Shown piece after piece: positions 40,203 to 50,797 of a DNA stretch of 64,000 nt; the stretch's first letter is position 1; every line of letters starts with the position of its first letter. The DNA is from an uncultured delta proteobacterium (GTDB lineage: Bacteria; Desulfobacterota; Desulfomonilia; Desulfomonilales; Desulfomonilaceae). Where the stretch lies: the NCBI GenBank assembly GCA_963809365.1, contig CAWEJR010000023.1, positions 97,390 through 161,389 of the forward strand. The letters are read 5' to 3'. A program made the position numbers and the translations under genes. The notes under the pieces were generated by a model, which had not been told where the DNA came from, made no database searches, and worked only from the letters and a program-made list of their open reading frames with translations.

Positions 40203-40667
40203 ATGAATAGTGCGAGTGCACGTTTTTGTATAATTACGATCCTGTGCATGATTATTTCGGTGGCGGTATGCGCCTCCGCTGTTGCCAAGGTCCCGGAAGG
40301 TTACAGGGACATCAAACTCGGCATGAACAAAAGCCAGGTCCTGAGCCTTTTGCAGCAGAGTCCGCTGCACTTCACCTACGATGATATGGGAGACGAGGTC
40401 GGGGAGATCATTCGCGGGGACGACCTTTTTCGTTATGCCCTGTACCGCTTTGATGGCGAAGGAATCCTCGTCGAGATAGGCTTGGAAATGCGCGAAATCC
40501 TGGGCAGGGAGCAAGTCCTGGAACGGTATAACAGCCAGCATGGCCTCAAGCTCAGCCCACGGCAGGCCACGGTTGAAGCAGACTTCAGCATTGAAGTGCG
40601 CGACAACTGCCTGATAATGAAAAAGGCACCGGGGAAGGATACACGTTCCGCAAAGGGGAATTCGTGA
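40203..40667 (+). CDS. secreted hypothetical protein
   Basis: 154 aa with signal peptide ...MIISVAVCASAVAKV. Confidence 0.45.
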   Translation: MNSASARFCIITILCMIISVAVCASAVAKVPEGYRDIKLGMNKSQVLSLLQQSPLHFTYDDMGDEVGEIIRGDDLFRYALYRFDGEGILVEIGLEMREILGREQVLERYNSQHGLKLSPRQATVEADFSIEVRDNCLIMKKAPGKDTRSAKGNS

Positions 40668-41024
40668 CGCACTTGGCAGGTCTAATAGGAATTGGCGCAT
40701 GGAGTGTCCATATTGACGTCCTATGTTATGTTTCGTTATCGAGCCAAGGCCGTCATTTTCTGGGATGTAGTCCTCTCGCGTAAATGCGGAGTCTGGCTAC
40801 AAAAACTTAATATAGTAAGATGGTTACGGCGACAATCCTGCCCGATCACCACGCGATGCAACGCTTTTCGCCGCGCCGTTGCTTGACACAATCTTTCCGC
40901 AGTTCTAGATTCCAACCTTCTGAACCGTTCCCCGATCCGTAAGCGCGAGCCTCGGGGCCGCCGGGATGGACCGCGGTACAAGATCATAGGATACTGGACC
41001 GACGAGAAGCCGGGATGTTTTCCC

Positions 41025-42504
41025 GTGACGTCGGGAATGGAACACACTTTGACGACCAAATATAAGCACGCTCTGTGCCTTCATCCATATTTTCGAGACA
41101 GCCATTCCGGATCGTTGGGCCTGGCCGTGTTTCCACCCGTTGGTTTGGAATATATTGCCGCTTCCCTCAGTCCCCACGTTGAGAAACTCACCTTCCTGGA
41201 TTTGAGGCTCCCGGACCCGCTTCGGAAACCGGAGAAACTAAAACGCTTCATCGAGGAAGAAATCGACCTTCTCTGCATAAGCATCAATTGGGAGTACAAC
41301 TTTCGTGAAGTCTGCGAACTCGTGAACTCCCTCCCGTCTTCCATCACCACTGTAGTTGGAGGCAAGCAGGCGACCGATTTTGTCGACGAGATATTCGTTG
41401 CCTGCCCGAATGTCGATGTCATAGTACGGGGGGAAGGGGAAGAAAGCGTTGTAGAGATCGCCCAGGGAAGAGACTTCAAGGACATATGCGGAATATCCTA
41501 TCGGGATGGGGACAGTGATAGTGCACAACAAAAACCGCCCCCTTCCCGAGGTGGACGATTACCGTTACCCGGATCGCGGCCTGCGACGCCAGGATTACCA
41601 CATGAACGTCGGAGGGCTTGCTTTGCGCGGGGAGCAGTTCGATATCATTCTCACGTCCCGCGGCTGCCCTTACAACTGCAAATTCTGCACGTTCAATTTG
41701 AACCCCTTGGGCCAGAAACGAAATTACTCTGCGCGTTCAATAGATTCCGTCATGGAGGAAATCAGGCAGGTTTCCGCGGGGATGATACTTATCGCGGATG
41801 AAAACTTTTTCGTGAACCCGCAACGTGCCAAGAGGATATGCGAACGGATCATCGCGGAGGGCATAAAGAAGAAATTTCTCGTTCAGGCCAGGATAGAAAT
41901 ATTTGAACATCCTGACGTCCTTGAAGCGGCCGCCCGCGCAGGGATAAAGGCGTTGCTCCTGGGGATCGAATCACCGCAGGATCGTATTCTGGAACAGCTC
42001 AATAAAGGATTCGACACCGCGAAATTAAGGCAGGCCTTCGAGACCTTCAGTCAGTTCCCGTTTTACTATCATGGATACTTCATCTATGGGAACGTGACCG
42101 AAACCGAAGAGGAAATGATGCAGATCCCAGTCTTTGCAAAAGAGTTGGGACTCGACTCCATCACCTACCAAAAACTGCGTATTGAGAAGTATTCGCCGCT
42201 TAAGGAACTGGTGGAAGCTACGCCCGGATACTACATAGGCGATGATTCGATTGTCTATTCCGAGTCCCTTCGGCGCCCGGGCTTGAAACGAATCAGTAAG
42301 CAGATAACGCGAAAGTTCTATTCGCCGATGCAGTTGCTGCGGATTGCGAGAAAGCTTGTCCGCATCGGCTTCCTGGATTTGCGGCTCTTGCCCGCTTTCG
42401 CTTTGAGCGTACCGATTGTCCTTGGGAACGCGCTGGGTCGCAAGGTTTCTAAGAAGGCGCAAAGGTCCCGTTTCTGGAGGCGTGTGGCCGGGGCCAAAGC
42501 TTAA
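41025..42504 (+). CDS. B12-binding-domain radical SAM protein; +1 frameshift at GGGG run 41508-41511
   Basis: N-terminal B12-binding-like domain (IDLLCISINW...VVGGKQATD...VIVRGEGEE). Radical-SAM motif SRGCPYNCKFC in the second ORF. The junction reads GISYRDG / TVIVHNKNRP. Confidence 0.8.
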
Positions 42505-42585
42505 GGGCGGCTTTTCAGGGGCGGTCCGACCATTTGGAGAATGGGGAAGGGCTTAGGTGTTAGCCCAACCCTGCGCAACGCGGGG

Positions 42586-42669
42586 TCCCCCCTTTGGTAA
42601 AGGGGGGCAGGGGGGATTTTGAAGTAACATATTGAAAATCCCCCTAAATCCCCCTTTAGAAAAGGGGGA
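42586..42669. repeat. G/C-tract palindromic REP-like elements (family E)
   Basis: CCCCCCTTTGGTAAAGGGGGG, GGGGGATTTTGAA..TTGAAAATCCCCC and TCCCCCTTTAGAAAAGGGGGA in tandem. Confidence 0.6.
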
Positions 42670-42808
42670 CTTTGAACGCCTTCAGTCGCCTAATGTGCGC
42701 ACTTCTATTGGAACTGAATTCAAGTTGACACCCATGGGGGAAGCGAATTCAACACGGATGGGAGAATTGGCATTCGCCTGCTCCTTCGGTGTTGCTCCGG
42801 AGAGTTGA

Positions 42809-43171
42809 CTATTCACGGCTTTCCGGTGCGTTCTCAACTACGGTTCCGATTGCCTCAAGCAAGGGATGAATTTTCGGGTTGTCCGTGAGGATGCGCCTCA
42901 CCTCACGGTGCTGGTAAATGGTTCCCATCACGATCATGTCGGTGACAGCACCGTTTTCCTCGAAATATGCTTGATGGCTGATTGCTGCCTCAGCTCCGAT
43001 GTCGTTATAGACGGTTTTGAGAAACCGGGCTTCCGGACCGGGCACTTGTCGGACCAGAACGTTGATGTGAACAGCCCGACTTGCCATCAGGCGGCTGTTA
43101 TTTGAGCCCAGGCCCTCTATGGCCGCAGTCGCCTCACGAATGGAATCAAGAACTATCTTGCGGGCATCCAT
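42809..43171 (-). CDS. hypothetical protein
   Basis: 120-aa ORF with a coding-like composition. Family not recognised. Confidence 0.4.
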   Translation of the reverse strand: MDARKIVLDSIREATAAIEGLGSNNSRLMASRAVHINVLVRQVPGPEARFLKTVYNDIGAEAAISHQAYFEENGAVTDMIVMGTIYQHREVRRILTDNPKIHPLLEAIGTVVENAPESRE

Positions 43172-43464
43172 CTTTTTCTCCTAGAATTTCTCCAGTTAGG
43201 GCCTGGCAATGCCTGGCGACCATGCCCACATGTGCAGATCGCCGGTCGATTGTGCCACAGAAAGCAGATATTCAAAACCCGAATGTTGCAAGAAAAACAT
43301 CTATTCAGAGACGAGTCTGTTCATGTAAAATGTTGTTCGGAGTGCTGTGAGGGCCGAGGGTGTGATGCCCCACTGTTGTCCCACATTCTTGACCAAATGA
43401 CTCAGAAAGGGTAATCTAAATATTCAGGACCGGACAGGGAAAAGGTCCGTTTGGAGGTATGTGA

Positions 43465-44655
43465 ATGTCTGAATTCCAGGTGAACAAAACTTTTGCCGAG
43501 ATCAACAAAAAGATCAAACAAGGTGAAGCAGTGGTGGTCACGGCAGAGGAGATGATCGGTATCACGAAAGAGTTGGGACCCGTAGAAGCAGCGAAAAAAG
43601 TGGACGTGGTGACGACCGGCACATTTGGAATCATGTGCTCATCCGGGGCTTTTCTCAACTTCGGACATACAAAGCCCAGAATCAGGGCCTCCAAAGTCTA
43701 TCTCAACAACGTGGAAGCGTATGCAGGCATCGCCGCGGTGGACTGCTATATCGGTGCAACCCAGACGAGAGAAGACGATCCCTTGAACAAGGTTTTTCCG
43801 GGCCGTTTCAGGTATGGCGGGGGTCACGTGATCGAGGACCTTGTGGCAGGACGTGAGGTGCTGCTTCAAGCGACCTCCTATGGGACCGATTGCTATCCCA
43901 AGCGCTCTTATGAATCTAAAATGACATTAAAAGATTTCCCGGACGCGGTGCTTCTCAATCCCAGAAATGCATACCAGAACTATAACTGCGCAATAAATCT
44001 ATCCAAGAAGACCATATACACTTACATGGGTATTCTCAGACCGGAATGCATGAATGCAAACTATTCGACGTCAGGGCAATTGAGCCCTCTACTGAACGAC
44101 CCGCTCTATAAGACTATAGGGATAGGTACACGGATTTTCCTCGGCGGAGGCATCGGGTACGTGATCGGGGCCGGGACACAGCATACACCTACAGTAAAAA
44201 GGTCGGAGAATGGAGTGGTTATGGGCGGAGCGGGCACGCTTTCCGTGCGTGGCGACCTCAAAGGCATGTCCTCAAAGTTCCTGAGAGGAGCATCCCTAAC
44301 CGGCTACGGTTGCTCGCTGAATGTTGGCATAGGAATCCCGATCCCGATCTTGAATGAGGAAATGGCTCATTTTACGGCGGTATCGGATGATGAGATATTC
44401 GTTCCGGTAGTTGACTACGGCGGGAGTTACCCCGAAGGAGGCGGCGCGGCAATAAGCTATGTCACTTACGGCCAACTCAGGAGCGGAGAGATAGCGGTGG
44501 ATGGGCGAAAAATTACCACTGCTCCGCTTTCCAGTTATTCTGCGGCCCGTGAGATAGCTACGATTTTGAAGGAATGGATCAGCTCAGGAAGTTTCGTGCT
44601 CGGCGAACCACAGGAAACTCTCCCGTCGGTTCCTTTCAATGCGTTCGGAAAATAG
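43465..44655 (+). CDS. COG1900/DUF39 homocysteine-biosynthesis protein
   Basis: 396 aa. N-terminus KTFAEINKKIKQGEAVVVTAEE...VDVVTTGTFG is typical of the family. Clustered with an NIL-ferredoxin gene. Confidence 0.8.
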   Translation: MSEFQVNKTFAEINKKIKQGEAVVVTAEEMIGITKELGPVEAAKKVDVVTTGTFGIMCSSGAFLNFGHTKPRIRASKVYLNNVEAYAGIAAVDCYIGATQTREDDPLNKVFPGRFRYGGGHVIEDLVAGREVLLQATSYGTDCYPKRSYESKMTLKDFPDAVLLNPRNAYQNYNCAINLSKKTIYTYMGILRPECMNANYSTSGQLSPLLNDPLYKTIGIGTRIFLGGGIGYVIGAGTQHTPTVKRSENGVVMGGAGTLSVRGDLKGMSSKFLRGASLTGYGCSLNVGIGIPIPILNEEMAHFTAVSDDEIFVPVVDYGGSYPEGGGAAISYVTYGQLRSGEIAVDGRKITTAPLSSYSAAREIATILKEWISSGSFVLGEPQETLPSVPFNAFGK

Positions 44656-44684
44656 GTTTGCGAACCTCCAATAAGTTGAGCCCT

Positions 44685-45483
44685 ATGGCCCATAAAACAG
44701 GACGGATCAGTTCAGACTGCCCGATGACTCCACCTACCTTATATCAACCGAGAACCTACAGGGACCCGGACGACACTGATCGGTTCAAGACCTTCAGGGT
44801 TGCGATCGAAACTTCGGACCTGTACGTGAAGGCCCTCTCTTCACTTGAGAAACAGACTGAAGCGCTGATTCGCGAGAGCAGAGACCAGATCACGTGGGCC
44901 ATTGAGCGCCGGCCCGATTTTCTCAAGAGTCTCGTTCCTCTGGAAGAAGATCCGAGTGATTCCCCTATCGTCCTCGCCATGATCAGGGCCGGTCAAAAGG
45001 CCGGAACTGGCCCCATGGCCGCGGTAGCGGGCGCGGTGGCGGAATTTGTGGGGAAAGGTCTGCTGCCTTTGTCTTCGGAGGTCATAATAGAGAACGGCGG
45101 GGACATTTTCCTAAAGGTAGATCGCCCGGTCACTATAGGGCTGTTTGCAGGAAATTCGCCTTTCAGCGGGCGCATCGGAATCAGAATCGAATCGACTCCC
45201 ATCCCCTTGGGGATATGTACATCCTCCGGAACCGTAGGACCGTCGCTCAGTTTAGGCATGGCAGACGCTGCTACGATTATCTCCCGCGATGTGCCCCTGG
45301 CGGACGCGGTGGCTACGGGAGTAGGGAACAGAGTGCACAAACCAGGAGGACCTGAAGGGCGCTGTCGAATGGGCCATGAAAGTGTCTGGGGTAGACGGGG
45401 CGCTTGCCATATTGGGTGATAAATTTGCCGCACTGGGAGATATTGAACTGGTCCCATTACCCGAGTCGACGACAGGAAAGTAG
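44685..45483 (+). CDS. UPF0280 / COG2122 (ApbE-like) protein; +1 frameshift near 45340
   Basis: The frame switches at CACAAACC. The continuation QEDLKGAVEWAMKVSGVDGALAILGDKFAALGDIELVPL matches the usual family C-terminus. Confidence 0.65.
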
Positions 45484-45573
45484 GCGCCGGAGGCCGATCG
45501 AATATATTCGTCCCGCTGCGCACAAACGTAGCAGTGGGCCCTAACTGATTGAAAAAGAAAAAGGGGCTAGACC

Positions 45574-46020
45574 ATGACTTCACAAAACGTTCTGCTGATA
45601 TTCAAATCGGACATTATGTACAAGCCGGTAATCTACAGGCTCGCGAAAGATTTCGACCTGGTCTTCAACATCCTGGAGGCGAAGATATTGCCGCGCAGAG
45701 AAGGCCGCATCCTCTTGGAACTGCGCGGTGAAGACGACCTTATCAAGAAAGGGATAAAGTTTCTCGAAGACCACCGGGTGGTTGTAGAGTATCTGGCTGA
45801 TAAGGTGTGGCGCGAAGAAGAACTTTGTGTTCACTGCGGCGCGTGCACCGGCTTGTGCCCAACCGAAGCCCTCAGCGTGGCAGAGCCTGACAAGAAGACC
45901 GCCTTTAACGTGGAAAAGTGCGTGGCCTGCGGTATGTGTGGTCTGGTATGCCCATTTGGGGCCATGAAGGACGTGACGCTCTTCGATCCGTTTGCCGAAG
46001 GGCGCACCGGCTCGGATTGA
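45574..46020 (+). CDS. NIL-domain / 2x[4Fe-4S] ferredoxin protein
   Basis: NIL-like N-terminal domain, then CVHCGACTGLCP and CVACGMCGLVCP. Confidence 0.8.
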   Translation: MTSQNVLLIFKSDIMYKPVIYRLAKDFDLVFNILEAKILPRREGRILLELRGEDDLIKKGIKFLEDHRVVVEYLADKVWREEELCVHCGACTGLCPTEALSVAEPDKKTAFNVEKCVACGMCGLVCPFGAMKDVTLFDPFAEGRTGSD

Positions 46021-46264
46021 TTCCTGAATACAATAAGCCCCGACGTCAGCTAGAAACGCCGGGGCTTCACCAAGAGGAAAATTTGATGGTAGCTATGTGC
46101 CATCGAGACCACAGAGAGGCAAGGACTGTGCCACATCAATGAATCCTCGGCAACGCAGCTATTGATCGGACAAACTGCCAAGACATCCCGGATGATCCGC
46201 TACGTTTTCCCTACATTCCGGTATCATACACCTCAGAGAAGTTACCATAAGGTATGAATATCGG

Positions 46265-47614
46265 CTATGTTGGCACCAACATGGTCCCCAGCACCTTTTC
46301 ATCCACGATCCGCTCCAGGGTCACCTGAAACGCGTGTTTGCATGGGAGGGTCGAAGCCGCCCGCACGTGGACCGGTATGTAGTTGTCTGTTCTTGTGATA
46401 ATGAACCCTGTGTCCGGATCAGGCTCGGACTCCGGGACAACGGAAAGAGTCGTGCCCACGAAGCGTTCATAGAAACGCCGTCGCAGAGTCTGAGAGAGTG
46501 ACCTCAGCTCCTCTACCCTTCGTCGGGCAACCGTCTCAGGTACTCGGGGTCGGAAAGAGGCCGCGGGAGTGCCGGGCCTGGGGGAAAATGGAAATACGTG
46601 CAGATACGCTGCTCCCGAATCCTCGATCAGGGTCAAAGTCTTCCTGAATGATTCTTCATCCTCTCCAGGGAAGCCCACCATTATGTCCAGGCCAATGCAC
46701 GTCTCAGGGGCGCTGGTGAAAATGCGATCCATCAAATCTCGGATAAAAGCGGTATCGTAGGGCCTTCCCATGCGGCCAAGGATGTTGTCATCGCCGCTCT
46801 GTAGCGGAATGTGGAAATGCCGGCACACTCTCGGATGACCGGCCGCAAGCTCAATCAGGCGAGGGGTGATCTCCTGAGGTTCTACGGAACTCAACCTGAA
46901 CCGCGTGGCCGGGCACTCCTCGACGAGGCGCTCCAGCAAATCTTCCAGGCCCATCGGAGGCTCAAGGTCTCGGCCGTAACTCCCCAAATGGATCCCTGTG
47001 AGCACTATCTCCGCGAATCCACGGGCGCCCATGTTGCTTGCGTGAAGCAAGACTTTGTCCGCGGGCAGACTTCTAGAGGGGCCTCTGGCAGCGGGCACTA
47101 TGCAGTAAGCGCATGATTGGGAGCACCCATCCTGGACCTTCAAGAAGGCCCTAGATCTGCTCCTCATCCCCGGAGGGCCAAGATCGACAAACGTCGTGCA
47201 GGCAGAGGCACCGCCATGCTCCTTGCTCCGAGCATTGATGGGCGCTTCACCGATGAACTCGTCAAAGTGGTCCTTCTCAAATGTCCCGAGCAAAACAGCT
47301 CCAGGGGCAACCCTTTCCAAAGAAGGAGCGTTTATCTCGGCCAGGCAGCCGGTTACGATCATTCGCACGCCGGGAAATTTGTCTGCCAGGCGATTGACCA
47401 TCCTTCGGGATTTACCTTCTGCCTTCGAGGTCACGCAGCACGTATTCACTACGACGAGATCCGGGTCATCGGCCGAAGGGTCAATGTGATACCCGGCGCC
47501 TTCCAGCGCACGAGCCATTGCTTCGGCTTCGGCCTGGTTTACTTTGCAACCAAGGACGCGGACCAGGGCCTTTTTTCTCACGCGTAACGTTCCTGTTGTT
47601 ATGGTTTTTGACAT
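46265..47614 (-). CDS. mtaB: MiaB/MtaB-family tRNA methylthiotransferase (MtaB-like)
   Basis: 449 aa. N-terminal UPF0004 Cys triad (LGCKVNQAE.., NTCCVT, TGC), radical-SAM CSQSCAYC, C-terminal TRAM-like domain. Confidence 0.8.
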   Translation of the reverse strand: MSKTITTGTLRVRKKALVRVLGCKVNQAEAEAMARALEGAGYHIDPSADDPDLVVVNTCCVTSKAEGKSRRMVNRLADKFPGVRMIVTGCLAEINAPSLERVAPGAVLLGTFEKDHFDEFIGEAPINARSKEHGGASACTTFVDLGPPGMRSRSRAFLKVQDGCSQSCAYCIVPAARGPSRSLPADKVLLHASNMGARGFAEIVLTGIHLGSYGRDLEPPMGLEDLLERLVEECPATRFRLSSVEPQEITPRLIELAAGHPRVCRHFHIPLQSGDDNILGRMGRPYDTAFIRDLMDRIFTSAPETCIGLDIMVGFPGEDEESFRKTLTLIEDSGAAYLHVFPFSPRPGTPAASFRPRVPETVARRRVEELRSLSQTLRRRFYERFVGTTLSVVPESEPDPDTGFIITRTDNYIPVHVRAASTLPCKHAFQVTLERIVDEKVLGTMLVPT

Positions 47615-47725
47615 AGATGTTTATCCATGCTATCAATCCACGCATCCAAGGTCAATTCTCCTCAATGCCGGCAGGCCGCGCGGTGGGACTCAGGCCTGAT
47701 TTGACCTCTTACGGAGGAAGTTCAC

Positions 47726-48251
47726 GTGAGATGCACTGACCTGATGAGAGGCTGGATTGTCTGCTTAGCGGTGATTCTGATCTATTCTACTGCTTATGCT
47801 CAGAAAAAATCCGGAGCTCCGGAGGAACAAGAGCCGACCGCAGTCGAGCAAGCCGACAGGTTCTTTGATATGAAGGTCCCGGAGGGCTTCGCGCCTGAGG
47901 CCGTGGATGAGCCCGGAATCCTCAAGTGGAAAAAAGATTCGGGAGAGATTTACCTGGTGGTCGGAAATCTCTTTACTGCCTCCGGGCGATACGCTTTTCA
48001 AGGCGCTCCGCGAAGCCGCGGATAAGGACAAGAAACTCGAAGAGGTCCGTACTCTCCAAATCAAGAGAGGAAAGGCCTTGTTGTGCAAAGAAAAAGCCCC
48101 GGACGATCCCGGACGGCTCCGTACCTGGCATTTGCTGGTCATAACCAAGAAGAAGATGATCAACGTTGACTTCTCGGCGCCAGCCAAGGATTTCGATTCA
48201 TTCATACCAGCGTTCGAAGGTGCGGCAAATTCCTTTAAGCTGAAACCCTAG
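47726..48251 (+). CDS. secreted hypothetical protein; +1 frameshift near GGG 47984-47986
   Basis: Signal peptide WIVCLAVILIYSTAYA. The junction reads ...VVGNLFTASG / DTLFKALREAADKDKK. Confidence 0.45.
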
Positions 48252-48272
48252 TCCTGACAAGGAAAGTTCCAT

Positions 48273-49703
48273 ATGGGAGAAGATCCCGCCACAGCCCTGT
48301 TTCGCTCGATCCCTTCCGTAGACAGCCTCTTGTCTGATCCCTCATTGGCTTCTCTCAGGGAGAAATATTCGGAAGAAATAGTGAAGAGTATGGTGAGGCG
48401 CGCCCTGGAGGAACTTCGAGACGAGATCCGTCAGGGAAAGGCGTCGCACACGGACTGCTCGGCCTCCGCGCTGGTTCAGCGCACGTCAAGAATAGCTGTG
48501 GAGCGGGTAGGGCCGAAACTCTGTACGGTAATAAACGCCACGGGAGTGATTGTTCACACCAACCTCGGACGTTCACCGTTGTCGAATAGGGTTATGGAAC
48601 GGATATCCGAAGCCGCGCTTTCTTATTCCAACTTGGAATACAGCCTTGAAGGCGGCCGGAGAGGAGAGAGAAACGCTCACCTGCGACAGCTCATGCAGGA
48701 ACTGACCGGCGCGGAGGCCGCGCTTGCAGTCAATAACAATGCGGCTGCCGTTCTGCTGGCGTTGTCCAGTCTGGCCGCGGGGCGAGAAGTCATAGTTTCC
48801 AGGGGTGAACTCATAGAAATTGGCGGCTCCTTCCGGATTCCCGACGTGATGGCTCGATCCGGGGCAATACTGAAGGAGGTCGGCGCCACCAATCGGACTC
48901 ACCCCAAAGACTACGTTGAGGCAATTAGTGCAAATACCGCTCTGATCTTGAAGGTGCACACAAGTAATTATCGGATCGTCGGCTTCACCCGCGAAGTCGA
49001 GCTCGCGGAACTGGTGGCCATAGGGAAAGAATACGCAATCCCAACGATGATGGACCTTGGAAGCGGCTGCCTGGTGGACCTGTCGCCGTACGGCCTGGCG
49101 GAAGAGATAACCGTCCAGGAAGTCCTTGCCAAAGGTGTGGACGTGGTGAGTTTCAGTGGGGACAAGCTTCTTGGCGGCCCCCAGGCTGGGATTCTGGCCG
49201 GCCGCGTGGATCTCATAGAAAGAATGCGCACAAATCCCCTAGCGCGTGCCCTACGAATGGACAAGCTTACTCTTGCAGGTCTCGAAGCCACTCTCGTAGA
49301 GTACACGAGGCCGGAGGGGCCGGCCGCTTCCATCCCGACACTGGCCATGATAACCAGGTCCCAGTCGGAGCTTGCGGAATCTGCGGCCGCGCTTGCCGAC
49401 GCGATACGTAAGCGCGTCGGAGACCGCGTCGAGGTAAGCATTGAGCCGGGAATCGGCAGGGTAGGGGGCGGAGCGCTGCCGATGGGCGACCTACCGGGCC
49501 CGCGGGTGGCCATTCATCCCCGCCAAATTTCAGCCGCGCGTCTGGAGCAAGGGCTCAGATTGGGCAGTCCACCGGTAATCACTCTGGTTAAAGACGATGC
49601 CGTGCTCATGGACCCTCGAACTCTTCTTGGCGATCAGCCGTCGATGATTCCGGGACTTGTGCAGGAAGCACTAGACCGCGGTACTTCCACCAATGATGGG
49701 TGA
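48273..49703 (+). CDS. selA: L-seryl-tRNA(Sec) selenium transferase
   Basis: 476 aa with INATGVIVHTNLGRS, VNNNAAAVLL and FSGDKLLGGPQAGI (PLP Lys). Confidence 0.9.
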   Translation: MGEDPATALFRSIPSVDSLLSDPSLASLREKYSEEIVKSMVRRALEELRDEIRQGKASHTDCSASALVQRTSRIAVERVGPKLCTVINATGVIVHTNLGRSPLSNRVMERISEAALSYSNLEYSLEGGRRGERNAHLRQLMQELTGAEAALAVNNNAAAVLLALSSLAAGREVIVSRGELIEIGGSFRIPDVMARSGAILKEVGATNRTHPKDYVEAISANTALILKVHTSNYRIVGFTREVELAELVAIGKEYAIPTMMDLGSGCLVDLSPYGLAEEITVQEVLAKGVDVVSFSGDKLLGGPQAGILAGRVDLIERMRTNPLARALRMDKLTLAGLEATLVEYTRPEGPAASIPTLAMITRSQSELAESAAALADAIRKRVGDRVEVSIEPGIGRVGGGALPMGDLPGPRVAIHPRQISAARLEQGLRLGSPPVITLVKDDAVLMDPRTLLGDQPSMIPGLVQEALDRGTSTNDG

Positions 49704-50724
49704 ACTGAGGGCGGCTTTCTCGCCAGCCAATTTCCAACACATGGACCTTCCCTCCTCATTTGTAATCCCCGCAGACGCTGTCCCGGACCGGGCAGACAAG
49801 ATCCTTGCCGATTGTCTTGCCGCCGCGGCCAGCCGATCATCAATGGCCCGCATCATCCGAAGCGGCCGTGTGCTTGTGAAAGGCCGTCCAATCAGCCCGT
49901 CCACTGTTCTTAACCCTGGTGATCGGATAGAAATTCTCCCTGAGACAACCATTGCAGCCACCACACCCGTAATCCAAGTCCCACCATTAGAAATCATTTT
50001 CGAGGACGAAGACCTGATAGCGCTGGACAAGCCGCCGGGGCTTGTCGTGCATCCCGGTGCGGGGCGTCCGTCAAATACGCTTATGGATATCCTGGTAAGC
50101 TCCAGACCGGAAATGGTTGGGGTGGGGGAACAGGGTCGTTGGGGTGTGGTCCATCGCCTCGACAGGGACACATCCGGGGTCATGGTATTGGCCAAGACAG
50201 CTTCCGCGCATGCCGCGCTTTCAGCGCAATTCAAGGCCCATTCAATTCACAGGGTGTATCTGGCGCTGGTAAGGGGTAACCCTGGTGAGGACAGCGGGAC
50301 CGTCGATGCTCCCATAGGCCGGCATATCAAGGAGAGAAAACGCATCTCTACCAAGACGGGAAAGGCTCGCCACGCGGTTACAAGGTGGGCGGTCAAAGAG
50401 CGCTTTGGGGGCCTGACACTTCTCGAAGTTTACCCGGAAACGGGGAGAACCCATCAAATCAGGGTGCATCTTGCATTTGTCGGCCTGCCGGTGGCCGGAG
50501 ATACGGTCTATGGAAAGATGCGCAGAAAGGGCGGGACCGATGATCCGAGGCTCCGAAAAGCTCTGGAAGTGCTCAAGAGGCAGGCGCTTCATGCCGCGGT
50601 GCTCGGTTTCGTTCATCCGATAAGCCTGAAATACGTGGAGTTCTCTTCGCCGTTGCCGGCGGATATGGCTGACGCGATAGAGATATGTACTTTAGGCAGA
50701 AATGTTGTCGCTGAGCCGGGATGA
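49693..50724 (+). CDS. rluD: RluA-family pseudouridine synthase (RluD-like, S4 domain)
   Basis: S4-like N-terminus. Catalytic HRLDRDTSGVMVLAK. The tail reads ...QIRVHLA..G.PVAGDTVYG. Confidence 0.8.
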   Translation: MMGELRAAFSPANFQHMDLPSSFVIPADAVPDRADKILADCLAAAASRSSMARIIRSGRVLVKGRPISPSTVLNPGDRIEILPETTIAATTPVIQVPPLEIIFEDEDLIALDKPPGLVVHPGAGRPSNTLMDILVSSRPEMVGVGEQGRWGVVHRLDRDTSGVMVLAKTASAHAALSAQFKAHSIHRVYLALVRGNPGEDSGTVDAPIGRHIKERKRISTKTGKARHAVTRWAVKERFGGLTLLEVYPETGRTHQIRVHLAFVGLPVAGDTVYGKMRRKGGTDDPRLRKALEVLKRQALHAAVLGFVHPISLKYVEFSSPLPADMADAIEICTLGRNVVAEPG

Positions 50725-50797
50725 TATGAGTTCGTGGCCAAACAATGGAAAAACCATTAATAGCATTTCGCTTTCAAAGAAGTGACATCCGCTTGAT

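Noticed and set aside
43172-43464. Leader of the homocysteine cluster, considered as a SAM/SAH riboswitch.
   Set aside because: I could not recognise the conserved SAM-I, SAM-II or SAH core sequences by eye. It is left only as a suggestion for an Rfam scan.
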